Source: an uncultured Candidatus Rokubacteria bacterium (lineage in GTDB: Bacteria; Methylomirabilota; Methylomirabilia; Rokubacteriales; CSP1-6). Taken from it: DNA of 64,000 bases. Both the position numbers and the translations under genes were made by a program. The notes under the pieces are model-generated. The model saw nothing but the letters and a program-made list of their open reading frames with translations, did not search any database and was not told the origin of the DNA. The DNA lies in assembly GCA_963762145.1 (NCBI GenBank), contig CAVXJS010000014.1:128001-192000 (forward strand), given 5' to 3'. Shown here one piece after another: positions 39,569 to 51,774 of this stretch (its first letter is position 1; each line of letters opens with the position of its first letter).

Positions 39569-40819
39569 ATGACGGCCTCGTCCGAGACGGTGATCGTGGG
39601 CGGCGGGCACGCCGGGCTCGCGCTCAGCTATCACCTGGGCCGGCTCGGGCGCCCGCATCTCGTCCTCGAGCGGGGACGGGTGGCCGAGCGCTGGCGGAGC
39701 GAGCGCTGGGACTCACTGATGTTCCAGTTCCCCAACTGGAGCCTGCGTCTGCCCGGGCAGGAGTATCGCGGCAACGACCCGGACGGCTTTGCGACGCGCG
39801 ACGAGGTGATCGCGTTCATCGAGCGCTACTGCGAGCTCGTCGTCGCGCCCGTGCGGACCGGGGTGCGGGTGGATCGCGTCCGCCCGACGGACGGCGGCTT
39901 CCGGCTCGAGACCACGGACGGCGCCCTCGACGCCGCCAACGTCGTCGTCGCCACCGGTCCCTATCAGGAGCCGATCCTGCCGGCGCTTCGGCACGCCCTC
40001 CCGCCCGCGGTGGTCCAGGTGCACGCGAGCGGCTATCGCAATCCGGCACAGCTCCCGGCCGGGTCGGTGCTGGTGGTGGGCTCCGGCGCCTCCGGCTGCC
40101 AGATCGTGGAGGACCTGCTCGCGGCGGGCCGGACCGTGTACTTCTCGGTGGGCCGCCACCGGCGCTACCCGCGCCGCTACCGCGGCCACGACATGTTCTG
40201 GTGGATGGAGCGGATCGGCGCGCTGGACCAGACGCTCGACGAGCGCACCGACGCGCGCGAGCGGCCGAACCCGCTCGTCACCGGGGTCGGCGGCGGCCAC
40301 GAGATCGACCTCCGCGACTATGAGGTGGCCGGTGTCACGCTGCTCGGGCATCTGCGCGATGTCACCGGCTCGCGACTCCACCTGGCCGATGACCTGGACG
40401 CGCTCCTGGCCGCGGGCGACGAAAGCGTCGGCGTGTTCACGCGCGCCGTGGATGCCTACGTCGCGCGGTCCGGCCTCGCGGCGACGGCGCCGCCGCCGAG
40501 TCCGCCGTCCCACGGCGCGTCGTCGGCGCCGGTCCGCGAGCTCGATCTGGCCGCTTCCGGCATCACGTCGGTGGTCTGGGCCACCGGGTTCCGGCGCGAC
40601 TTCGGGTGGATCGACGCGCCCGTCTTCGACGAGCGAGGCGAGCCGGTGCATCGGCGCGGCGTGACCGGCTGCGCGGGGCTCTACTTCCTCGGGCTGCCGT
40701 GGCTCCACAAGCTCAAGTCATCGGTGCTGTGCGGGGTCGGGGACGACGCTGCCCATCTCGCCGACCATATCGCCGCGGACGCCTCGCGTCTCCGGCCGGG
40801 ACTGATCAGGAGGGCGTGA
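39569..40819 (+). CDS. Flavin-containing monooxygenase-like FAD-dependent oxidoreductase
   Basis: GGGHAGL, W..ERWDSL, ATG, H...YRNP, GSGASG.QI, WATGF, GLYFLGLPW. Confidence 0.85.
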   Translation: MTASSETVIVGGGHAGLALSYHLGRLGRPHLVLERGRVAERWRSERWDSLMFQFPNWSLRLPGQEYRGNDPDGFATRDEVIAFIERYCELVVAPVRTGVRVDRVRPTDGGFRLETTDGALDAANVVVATGPYQEPILPALRHALPPAVVQVHASGYRNPAQLPAGSVLVVGSGASGCQIVEDLLAAGRTVYFSVGRHRRYPRRYRGHDMFWWMERIGALDQTLDERTDARERPNPLVTGVGGGHEIDLRDYEVAGVTLLGHLRDVTGSRLHLADDLDALLAAGDESVGVFTRAVDAYVARSGLAATAPPPSPPSHGASSAPVRELDLAASGITSVVWATGFRRDFGWIDAPVFDERGEPVHRRGVTGCAGLYFLGLPWLHKLKSSVLCGVGDDAAHLADHIAADASRLRPGLIRRA

Positions 40820-41922
40820 TGGCCATCGAGTTCATCGGCATGATCGGAGTGCGGCCCGAAGGGGCCGACGGCGCCGCGGTGCACGTGATCGGCGGCGAGA
40901 TCGACATGGCGTGGGTCCGGGAGTTCTCCCGAGCCCACGAGCGCGCCGGCTTCGACAAGGTGCTGGTGGGCTACACGTCCACCTCCGCCGACGGCTTCCT
41001 GGTGTCCGCGTACGCCGCAGCCCACACCGAGCGGCTCGGCTATCTGCTCGCCCACCGCCCGGGCTTCGTCACGCCCACGCTGGCCGCGCGGAAGGCGGCC
41101 ACCCTCGATCAGCTCTCGGCCGGCCGGCTCGCGCTCCACATCATCACCGGCGGCAGCGACGCCGACCAGGCGCGCGATGGCGATTTCGTGGACCACGACA
41201 CGCGCTACCGCCGCACCGACGAGTACCTCGGGGTCATGCGGCGCGTGTGGACGGAGGCACGGCCCTTCGACCACGCGGGGGAGTTCTACCGTCTCACCGC
41301 CGCCTACTCGGACGTCAAGCCGGTGCAGCAGCCCCACGTGCCGCTCTACTTCGGCGGCGCCTCGGAGGCCGCGCACCGCATCGGCGTCCGGCACTGCGAC
41401 GTCTACATGCTCTGGGGTGAGCCGCTCGCCGCGATCCGTGACCGCATCGCGACCGTGCGCGCGGCGGCGGCCGAGGCCGGCCGGGAGCCGGGCGCGCCGC
41501 GGTTCAGCGTCTCGCTACGGCCGATCATCGCGCCCACCGAGGCGCAGGCCTGGGTCAAGGCGCACACGATCCTGGAGCAGGTGCGGACCAAGCAGGGCCA
41601 GCGCGCCGTCCCCCAGCCCGAGGCGATCGGCGCCCGCCGGCTGGTGGACTTCGCGCAGCAGGCCGACGTGCACGACAAGCGGCTCTGGACGCCGATCGCG
41701 GCGGCCGTCGGCGGCCAGGGCAACACCACCGCGCTGGTGGGCACGCCCGAGCAGGTGGCCGAGGCGCTGCTCGATTACCACGATCTCGGCGTGACCACGC
41801 TGCTGATCCGCGGCTTCGATCCGCTGAACGACGCGATCGAGTACGGCCGCGAGCTCATCCCCCTGGTGAAGACCGAGGTCGCCCGCCGCGAGCGGGATCG
41901 CGCGGCGGCGCTCGCGCGGTGA
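40819..41922 (+). CDS. Luciferase-like monooxygenase, SsuD-like
   Basis: HE.AGFD.VL, AHRPGF..PT.AAR..ATLD.LS.GR, LYFGGAS, ALVGTPEQVA. Confidence 0.85.
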   Translation: MAIEFIGMIGVRPEGADGAAVHVIGGEIDMAWVREFSRAHERAGFDKVLVGYTSTSADGFLVSAYAAAHTERLGYLLAHRPGFVTPTLAARKAATLDQLSAGRLALHIITGGSDADQARDGDFVDHDTRYRRTDEYLGVMRRVWTEARPFDHAGEFYRLTAAYSDVKPVQQPHVPLYFGGASEAAHRIGVRHCDVYMLWGEPLAAIRDRIATVRAAAAEAGREPGAPRFSVSLRPIIAPTEAQAWVKAHTILEQVRTKQGQRAVPQPEAIGARRLVDFAQQADVHDKRLWTPIAAAVGGQGNTTALVGTPEQVAEALLDYHDLGVTTLLIRGFDPLNDAIEYGRELIPLVKTEVARRERDRAAALAR

Positions 41923-42503
41923 CGCGGCTCCTGGCCGTCGTGGGCGCGGTGACGCCGCCGGGGCGCCTCGACGCGGCGGTGCGCTTCGCGGCCGACCGCG
42001 CGGCGGACCACGGAGGTGATCGGCGCGATATCTCCGCCACCGTCCTGAGCCTCGGCGCGCACCGCGTCTCCTTCGCGGACGGCCGCCCGCTCGACCGCTA
42101 TCCCGACGATACTGCGCGCGTCGTCGGCGCGATCGCCGAGGCCGACGCCGTGCTGCTCGCGAGCCCGGTCTACCGCGCCTCGTTCACCGGCGCGCTCAAG
42201 AACCTGCTCGATCTCACCCCGGTGGAGGCGCTGCGGGCCAAGCCGGTCGGGATCGTGGCGATGGGAGCGACGCTGCATCACTACCTGGGGGTGGACTGGC
42301 AGCTCCGCGCGGTGCTGGCCTGGTTCGGGGCGCTGGTGGCGCCGACCAGCGTCTACCTCGAGTCGGGCCACTTCCAGGACGGCCAGCTCACCGACCCGGC
42401 CGCACGAGCCGGCCTCGGCGACCTGGTCGGCGCGCTCGTCGCGATGGCGGGCTACCCCCGGGATCAGGCGGGCCCACCCCCATTGGCCGCAGGCCGCGGC
42501 TAG
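41919..42503 (+). CDS. NAD(P)H-dependent FMN reductase, SsuE/MsuE-like
   Basis: SPVYRASFTGALKNLLD; GTGA overlap. Confidence 0.85.
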   Translation: MTRLLAVVGAVTPPGRLDAAVRFAADRAADHGGDRRDISATVLSLGAHRVSFADGRPLDRYPDDTARVVGAIAEADAVLLASPVYRASFTGALKNLLDLTPVEALRAKPVGIVAMGATLHHYLGVDWQLRAVLAWFGALVAPTSVYLESGHFQDGQLTDPAARAGLGDLVGALVAMAGYPRDQAGPPPLAAGRG

Positions 42504-42537
42504 ACGCGCGCGCTAGGGTAGGCCTCGTTCGGGGCCT

Positions 42538-43095
42538 TCAAGGCCCCTTTCGATCAACCAGTCCGCGGATGACGTCGCGCGCGGCCTCGCTCTTCCAGTC
42601 GCGGCCGCCGACGATCCGGCCGACCAGACGCCCCTCGCGGTCGACCAGGTAGGCGGTGGGCGGTCCAAAGACGCCGTATGCCCGCCCGGTGAGGTCACCC
42701 GAGGCGTCGAGAAGCACCGGCGCGGTGTAGCCGCGGGCGGTCACCGTGCGCTTCACGATGTCCGCGCTCTCGCGAAAGGTGATCAGGAAGACGTCGAGCC
42801 CCTGTCCCTTGAATTCCTCGTAGAGCCGATTGACGGAAGGTAACTCCTCCCGGCAGGTCGTTCACCAGGTGGCCCAGAAGAACAGCAGCAGCGCCTTGCC
42901 CTTCTGGTCTTCGAGCTTCACGGTGCGGCCGTCGAGCGCGGGCAGGGCAAAGGCGGGCGCGGGGCGGGGCGACTCGTAGGCCTGGACGCCCATCTTTTCC
43001 CAGGCCGGCGGCGCGGCGGCGGGTTGCGCCGCCGCGGCCCCGGCCCAGAGCGCGGCCGCGATCAGGGTGACCGCGGCGAGCGGGCGCGCGCTCAC
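42538..43095 (-). CDS. TlpA/ResA-like thioredoxin-fold protein, putative selenoprotein (UxxC)
   Basis: APAFALP.LDG..V.L, FFWATW-TGA-TTCREELP, then PTAYLVDREG in the same frame; TGA at 42862-42864. Confidence 0.8.
42832..42859 (-). promoter_or_regulatory. Bacterial SECIS-like hairpin
   Basis: TGA + 9 nt + CGGGAGG-AGTTA-CCTTCCG. Confidence 0.6.
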
Positions 43096-43652
43096 GCGCC
43101 CGAGTCCTTGAGCGCCTTCAGCACCTCGGCCGGATCGAGCAGGTCGAGCGCATTGTCCTGGATCTTCATGAACCGGACCACGCCGTTCTTGTCGATCACG
43201 TAGTACGCGCGCTTGGCGTAGCGGAAGATCGGGCTCTTCTCGTCGGTGACCAGCGCGTCGTAGCCGGGCAGCATCGTGCGGCGGAAGTCGGACAGGAGGG
43301 GATAGCTGATCTTGTTCTGCTTGGTGAAGGCGTCCAGCGTGGCCGCGTGATCGGCGCTGATGCCCACGACCTGGGCGCCGGCGGCGGTGAACTGGGGCAA
43401 GGTCTCCTCGAAACCGAGGAGCTCCTTGGTTCAGGTATTGGTGAACGCCTGGATGAACGTGAAGACGACGACGGGGCCCTTGGCGGTCAGCTCGGACAGC
43501 TTGACCGGCTTGTTCCCCGGGCCCGGCAGGGTGAAATCGGGCGCTTTCTGGCCAACTTCCAGGGCCGCGGCCGGGCCGGCCGAGCCGAGGACGGCGACGC
43601 CCAGGCCGATCAGCAGCAGGGCCGCGATCAGCAGGGGAGTGATTCGACGCAT
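43092..43652 (-). CDS. Peroxiredoxin (BCP/AhpC-like) redoxin, putative selenoprotein (TxxU)
   Basis: Signal peptide, VGQKAPDFTLP, AFTNT-TGA-TKEL, then GISAD, YPLLSD, AKRAYYVIDK.G in frame; TGA at 43431-43433. Confidence 0.82.
43399..43427 (-). promoter_or_regulatory. Bacterial SECIS-like hairpin
   Basis: TGA + 9 nt + CTCCTCG-GTTT-CGAGGAG with lower AAGG/CCTT stem. Confidence 0.68.
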
Positions 43653-43739
43653 GGCGCTCTCCTTTCGAGGGTCGAGGGTGACACCCACACAACGAGCGGC
43701 GGGCTCCCGAAGTTTCCAGGCCACGCGCATAATGCTCGC

Positions 43740-44556
43740 ATGAATCGGTCGGTCGCTGCAGAGGCTATCGTCCCGGACCGGATGGCCTGGCGGATCCACC
43801 GGGAGCGGGTGCTGCTGGCCGGCTGGGGCCGGGCCATCCTGCTGCAGATCGCCCACCCGAAAGTGGCGCGCGGGGTGGCCGAGCACAGCGGGTTCGCCAG
43901 CGACCGGTGGGGGCGGCTCCGGCGGCTGCGGCGCACGCTGACCGCGATGCTCGCGCTGACCTTTGGCTCGGAGGCGGAGGCCGCGGCCTCGGCCGCGCGG
44001 ATCAATGCCATCCACGACCGCGTGCACGACCGGCTCGAGGGGCCGGAGGCGTACAGCGCGCACGATCCCGAGCTCGCTCACCTGGGTGCACGCCACCCTG
44101 GTCGAGTCATTCCTGCTGACCTACCGCCTCTTCGTGGGACCGGTGACGAGCGAGGAAGGCGATCGGTACTGCGCGGAGGCCGCCGGCATCGAGCCGGCGC
44201 TCGGCATCCCGCCGGGCCGGCTCCCGCGGACGGAGCGCGCGCTCCGCGAGTATCTGGACGGGATGCTGGCGGGCGGCTCGATCGAGGTGACCGACACCGC
44301 CCGGCGCCTCTCGCTCGAGATCATCAGGCCGCCCGCTCCGGCGATTCTCCGGCCCGCGCTCTGGCTGGCCGCGCTGCCGGCCGTCGGCCTCCTGCCCCCC
44401 TCGATCCGCGAGGCCTACGGGTTCCGGTGGAGTGACGGCCGGGCGCGGGCGCTTGGCGTGCTGGCCGCCGTGACGCGCGGGAGCCTCCCGCTGACGCCGC
44501 CGGGTCTTCGCTACTGGGCGGTGGCGCGCCGGGCGGAGCGGCGGGTGCGGCGGTGA
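43740..44556 (+). CDS. DUF2236/MpaB-like oxygenase-family protein; frameshift near 44075
   Basis: GRAILLQIAHP.VA.GV.EHS.F, IN.IHDRV, YSA.DPELL.WVHATL. Confidence 0.8.
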
Positions 44557-45011
44557 GCGAGATCACGGTCGGGGTCGAGTCGCCTCGCCAGGCCGACGTC
44601 CTGCGCCTGATCGAGGCGCTCGACGTCTACCAGAGCGGGCTCTACCCGCCCGAGAGCAATCACTTCCTGGACGTGGAGGGGCTCGCGGCGCCGAGCGTGC
44701 GCTTCTTCGTCGTCCGGCGGGACGGACAGGCCCTGGGCTGCGCGGGGCTGCGGCTCGATCCGGCGGGATGGGGTGAGCTGAAGCGGATGTTCGTGGCCCC
44801 GGAGGCCCGAGGGCTCAAGGTGGGGCGGCGCCTCCTCGATCAGATCGAAGAGGAGGCGCGCCGGGAAGGGCTCGTGTCGGTGCGCCTCGAGACCGGCATC
44901 TACCAGCCGGAGGCGCTCGGGCTCTACCGCTCCGCGGGCTACGTGGAGCGGGAGGCCTTCGGCGACTACGTCCCGGACCCGCTCAGCGTCTTCATGGAGA
45001 AGCGCCTCTGA
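44553..45011 (+). CDS. GNAT-family N-acetyltransferase
   Basis: YPPESNH, ELKRMFV.PEARG..VG, RLETGIYQPEA..LY. Confidence 0.88.
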   Translation: MSEITVGVESPRQADVLRLIEALDVYQSGLYPPESNHFLDVEGLAAPSVRFFVVRRDGQALGCAGLRLDPAGWGELKRMFVAPEARGLKVGRRLLDQIEEEARREGLVSVRLETGIYQPEALGLYRSAGYVEREAFGDYVPDPLSVFMEKRL

Positions 45012-45319
45012 CGACCCCACCACATGCCGCCCAGCACCGCGGCGGTGCCGCCCACCCCGAGAACGCTCAGCATCATGCCGCGCCGGATCGTCTCCCGTCC
45101 GTTGCTCACGCGGACCGCCACGTGGGCCGGCATGGCCTTCAGGTCGGCGCGGATGCGCCAGCGGGCGAAGGCGAGCGGGTCGGCCGGGTGCCAGTAAAGG
45201 CCCTGGTGGTCCGCGACGCAGAGGTGTATCTCGCAGATCTGCGGGTCGACGCATCTCTCGGCTCGCCAGCCGAGCCCACGACCACGCATCCCCGGACTTT
45301 GAAGCGCCAGGCTATCCAT
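44966..45319 (-). CDS. Hypothetical protein with C-terminal TM segment
   Basis: Strong RBS TAAGGAGGAG; upstream sigma-54 motif; 3' end overlaps the GNAT gene so the end is uncertain. Confidence 0.55.
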   Translation of the reverse strand: MDSLALQSPGMRGRGLGWRAERCVDPQICEIHLCVADHQGLYWHPADPLAFARWRIRADLKAMPAHVAVRVSNGRETIRRGMMLSVLGVGGTAAVLGGMWWGRQRRFSMKTLSGSGT

Positions 45320-45452
45320 TGATGTCGCTCCTCCTTACCCGACGTCTGGACCCAACAGCGGAGGCGGGTTGAATCCTCGCCCAGAACCGGTGTGTGGACG
45401 AGGACTCCGCACCTGTTCAACCCGCTCTCCGCCTCGGGTGTTCCGAACCATC

Positions 45453-45468
45453 AGCAAGAGCTGGGCCA
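45453..45468 (-). promoter_or_regulatory. Sigma-54 (-24/-12) promoter TGGCCC-AGCTC-TTGCT
   Basis: Matches TGGCAC-N5-TTGCW with exact spacing and one mismatch. Confidence 0.6.
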
Positions 45469-45638
45469 CGGCACGCATGGGCGGTATCCCGAACGAAAGG
45501 GCTGTTCCCGAGCGGTTCTCTCTCGTTTCGCTGCTGCGCGTTAAGAAGGATGCGGCGCGAACTGTGGAAGGAATTACCCTGAGGTAGCGCCCCGGTGGCG
45601 ATCGGCGCCCCACCAAATCACTGTGTTAGAGTACGCCC

Positions 45639-46277
45639 ATGCCTGCGGTGCTGATCACGGTCGAGGGCGTCGAGGGATCCGGCAAATCTACACAATGCGT
45701 CCGGCTCGAGCAGCATTTATCAGAGCGTGGCCTCCAGGTCGTGCGCACCAGCGAGCCCGACGGCACACCGCTGGGCCTGCGGGTGCGGGCGCTGTTCGAG
45801 GCTCCCGGCCCCACGCCGACGCCCCTCACCCAGACCTTCCTGTTCATGGCCGCCCGGCAGGAGCACGTCACGCGGGTCATCGCACCGGCGCTCGCGCGGG
45901 GCGCGGTGGTGATCTCCGACCGTTACGCGGACGCGACGGTGGCGTACCAGGGGTACGGCCAGGGCATGGACGTCCAGACCATCAGGGAGCTGAACATGCT
46001 CGCGACGGGTGGCGTGCTGCCCGACCTCACCCTGGTGCTGGACCTCGACCCGATCGCGGGCATGCGGCGCATCCGGGGACGCGCGCTGGACACCTTCGAG
46101 AAGATGGACACCGCCTTCCACCGCCGCGTGCGCGAGGGCTACCTGGAGATCGCGCGCGCGGACAAGAATCGCGTGGTGGTGCTGGACGCCGATCGCGAGC
46201 CGGACGCGCTGCACGCCGACGTCGTCCGCGCGGTGGACGACCTGCTGGCGCGGCGGGGAGGCGTCCGTGGCGCTTGA
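45639..46277 (+). CDS. tmk: Thymidylate kinase
   Basis: EGVEGSGKSTQ, EP, LF.AAR.EH, SDRY, AYQGYG, PDLT..LD. Confidence 0.95.
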   Translation: MPAVLITVEGVEGSGKSTQCVRLEQHLSERGLQVVRTSEPDGTPLGLRVRALFEAPGPTPTPLTQTFLFMAARQEHVTRVIAPALARGAVVISDRYADATVAYQGYGQGMDVQTIRELNMLATGGVLPDLTLVLDLDPIAGMRRIRGRALDTFEKMDTAFHRRVREGYLEIARADKNRVVVLDADREPDALHADVVRAVDDLLARRGGVRGA

Positions 46278-47157
46278 CGCGATCCGCGATCAGGACGAGG
46301 CGGTCACGCTGCTGCGCCGCGCGATCGCCTCGGAGCGGGTGGCCCACGCCTACGCCTTCGTCGGCCCGGAGGGCTCGGGTCGCCGGGCCACCGCGCTGGC
46401 CTTCGCGGCCGCCCTCGTCGCGCCGCAGGGCGGATCGGGCGCCGTCCGCGTCGAGCGCGGCAGCCATCCCGACGTGCACCTGCTCGGGCCGACCCCGCCG
46501 CCGAGCAATCCCAAGGGCACGCCGGCCCTTCGCATCGAGGCGATCCGGGAGCTGGAGCGCCGGGCCTCGCTCAAGCCGGCCGAGGCCGCCTGGAAGGTCT
46601 TCATCGTGGACGAGGCCGAGAAGATGACGGCCTCGACCCCGCAGGCGCTGCTCAAGACGCTCGAGGAGCCGCCCGCGCGGACCGTGATCATTCTCGTGCT
46701 CTCGCAGATCCGCGCGCTCCCCGCCACCGTGCTCTCCCGCTGTCAGGTGGTGCGCTTCCGCCCCCGGCTCGTGGAGGGCGCGCCCGCGCTCCTCCCCGAC
46801 GTTCGCGGCGAGGCGCATGCCCGCAGCCTGCGGGTCCTGGCCGAGGCGCGCGCGCAGGGGGTCGAGGCCATCCTGCGCCTGGGCGATCAGGTCGGCCGCG
46901 ACCGGCCGGCCGCGGAGGCCTTCGTCCAGGCGTGCTGGCTCTGGCACCGCGATCTGCTCTGCGGGCTGGTCGGCGCGTCCCCGAGCCTGGCCGTCTTCGG
47001 CGAGGCCGCCCTGAAGGCGGGAGGCGCGCGCCCGCTCGAGGAGGTCCTCGCCGCGCTCCGCGATTGCCGCGAGGCGTGGTTCGCGCTGCAGGGGAGCGTC
47101 TCGCCCCGGCTGAGCGTGGAAGTGCTGCTGGGCCGACTCACCGGAAAGGCCGCCTGA
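46267..47157 (+). CDS. holB: DNA polymerase III delta' subunit
   Basis: HAYAFVGPEG.G, HPDVH, ALLKTLEEPP, TVLSRC; tmk-holB synteny. Confidence 0.88.
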   Translation: MALDAIRDQDEAVTLLRRAIASERVAHAYAFVGPEGSGRRATALAFAAALVAPQGGSGAVRVERGSHPDVHLLGPTPPPSNPKGTPALRIEAIRELERRASLKPAEAAWKVFIVDEAEKMTASTPQALLKTLEEPPARTVIILVLSQIRALPATVLSRCQVVRFRPRLVEGAPALLPDVRGEAHARSLRVLAEARAQGVEAILRLGDQVGRDRPAAEAFVQACWLWHRDLLCGLVGASPSLAVFGEAALKAGGARPLEEVLAALRDCREAWFALQGSVSPRLSVEVLLGRLTGKAA

Positions 47158-47158
47158 C

Positions 47159-48050
47159 ATGACCGAGCCGATCGAGCCCGCCGCGACCGCCGCCTCGGTG
47201 GCCGAGGAGACGCCCCAGTACCTGATCGGGGTGCGGCTGCGCGAGCCCCTCTTCGCCGAGGACCATCTGACCACCGACGGCGATCTCCACGTGGGCGATC
47301 TGGTGCTGGTGGACCTGGGAGGCGGCATCGCGGTGGGCGAGGTGCGGCGCCCCAAGCGTCCGCTGCCCTCGTTCAAGCGCGATCGTGTCTACCGCCGGGT
47401 CGTCCGGCGCGCCACCACCGCGGAAGCGAACGAGTGGCGCGACCGCCGGGCGCGCGAGGTGCGTGGGGTGGAGACGTGCCAGCGGATGGCGCGCGCGCGC
47501 TCGCTCGCCATGAAGATCGTCGACGTGGAGATCGAGGCCTCGCGCCGCCGCGTCACCGTCTTCTTCAACTCGGAGGAGCGGGTGGACTTCCGCGACCTCG
47601 TGCGCGACCTCGCCCGCGAGTTCCACGCCCGGATCGAGATGCGCCAGATCGGGGCGCGCGACACCACCAAGCTCCTCGACGGCATCGGCCCGTGCGGCCG
47701 CCAGCTCTGCTGCTCGTCGCACCTGCGCAAGTTCGATCCGATCTCGGTGAAGATGGCCAAGGCGCAGGACATGCCGCTGACCGACAGCCGGCTCCTCGGC
47801 AACTGCGGGCGGCTCAAGTGCTGCCTCCTCTACGAGTTCTCGACCTACGAGGAGCTGCGCTCGCGGCTGCCGCGGGTGAACACCGCCTGCTCCGGCGGAC
47901 TGCGGCGGGGGCGGCTGCATGACCGGCAAGGTGCGGTCGCTCCGGGTCCTGAAGCAGTCGGTGGTCGTCGGCTTCCCGGACGGCACCGAGGCGGAAGTCC
48001 CGCTCGACCAGCTCACCTGGGAAGGGCGCGACCACATCAAGCCGGCCTGA
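47159..48050 (+). CDS. PSP1/YaaT (RicT)-family protein; frameshift near 47890
   Basis: RVDFRDLVRDLA, RIEMRQIGARD, GIGPCGRQLCC, G.CGRLKCCL.YE. Confidence 0.88.
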
Positions 48051-48069
48051 CGGCCGGGCGACCCGGCGC

Positions 48070-49991
<1,922 letters not shown>

Positions 49992-49992
<1 letters not shown>

Positions 49993-50747
49993 TGCGCGCC
50001 GTGCTCGGGGAGACGTTCCGCCTCCTCGCCCGACACCTGCACCTCTTCACCCTGATCTCGCTGACGGTGTGGCTGCCCACCCACCTCCTGCTGAACTATC
50101 TGGAGTTCTTCGACCCGGGCGAGGACTCGACCGGCCGAGCGCTACGCATAGTCCTCACCGCGCAGGTGGTGCTCGATCCCTTCGTGGTGAGCGCGCTGCT
50201 GTCCGCGCTCGCCCGTATCAAGCACGGGGTGCCGGTCACCTACTGGCAGGCCCTCGCGGAGGGCTTCAGCGCGTGGCCCCGCCTCATGCTCGTGCGCTTC
50301 GTCGTGATCTGGGTGCTGCTGTTGCCCTCGCTCGGCTGGCTGGCCATCTACCAGGCCGGGCCCGCGGTCCGGATCGTGGGGAGCCTGGGGCTCATCGGAT
50401 TGACCGTGCTGATCCTCGCGCTCCTGGTGCGCTTCGCGCTCGTGGATTCGGCGGTGGTGCTCGGCGGGGCTTCCGTGTTCACCGTCTGGCGGCAGGCGGC
50501 CGAGCTCACCGCGGGCCAGCGCTGGAGCATTCTCTGGACCGCCACCGCGCTCTTCGTGCTGATCTTCGGCGTCGCGATCGCGGGCGGTCAGGCCTTCCGG
50601 ACCGTGCCCGGCGCCAACCACTTCGTGGCGCGGGTGCTCTTCGACTGCATCCTCGCGGTGGCGCAGTCCCTCTTCACGATCGCGCTCTTCCTCTTCTACT
50701 GGCGGAAGCAGGAGATTCCGGCGCCGGTCGAGCCCGCCCGGACGTGA
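49992..50747 (+). CDS. Hypothetical integral membrane protein
   Basis: About six hydrophobic segments; start overlaps the metG stop. Confidence 0.7.
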
Positions 50748-51765
50748 CCGACCGGGGTCCCGCGCTCGCGCCGCGCCTGCCGCTGGTCGGCTGGCTCGGC
50801 GGCTGGCCCATCTCGATCTTCTCGCTGGCCCTGGGCCTGGCCACCCTGTTCGTCTTCCGCCGCGGCCTGCCGCACGTGGGCTGGATCGTCGGGCTACCTG
50901 CTGCTCCTGTGGCTGCTCTTCGTCGTGATCACCGAGCTCCGCAGGCCGCTCACCGAGCGGCGGGCGCGGGCTCGTGCTCTCCGCCGCCGACTACACGATC
51001 CAGACGCTCTATCACAACCTGCTGCTCTTCGTGCTGCCCGCCTACTACGCGGCGGCCACGCTCGACTCGCGGAACGTGGTGTTCCCCGCGCTCGTCGCGA
51101 CCGGCGCGCTCGTCACCGCGATCGACCCGGTTTACCGACGGGTGGTGGCCCCCCGGCGCTGGCTCGGCCACGCGCTGATGGGCTTCTCCATCTTCGCTGC
51201 GCTCAACGTCGCGCTGCCCCTGGTCGGCCTCCAGCCCATCCTGGCGCTGCAGGCCAGCGCGGTGATCGCCGCGCTCGCGCTCGCGCCCGCCTTCCGGCGC
51301 GAAGGGGTCTCGGGCTGGCTGCGCGCCCACGCCATGGCGCTGGCCGCGGCGGCGGTCGCGCTGGTGCTGGTCTGGTTCGCGCGGGGGCTCGTGCCGCCCG
51401 CGCCGCTCTTCCTGGCCCGCACGGTGGCCGCGCGCGGCGTGGCCGACCTCGAGCCGGTGGAGCCGGTCGTGGGCGGACTGGTGGCCGCGGCGACCGTGCG
51501 CGAGTGGGGCGAGCTGGCCGCCTACACCGCGGTCTACGCCCCGGCCGGGGTGCGGCAGCGCATCACCCACGTCTGGTGGCGGGACCGGCGGCAGCTCGCC
51601 CGCGTGGTCCTGCCGACCCCGGTGCTGGGTGGCCGGCGCGAGGGATTCCGCACGTATTCGCGCTTCACGGATCTCAAGGCGCCCGTCGCGGGCGCGTATC
51701 GGGTGGATGTGCTGACGGCGTCCGGCCAGCTCATCGGCCGCCTGCGCTTCACCGTCACCCCCTGA
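50744..51765 (+). CDS. DUF2914-like membrane protein; frameshifts near 50895 and 50970
   Basis: TM N-terminus; C-terminal AYTAVYAP.G....I.HVW, GGRREGFRTYS, GQLIGRLRF. Confidence 0.7.
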
Positions 51766-51774
51766 GAGGGCGTC

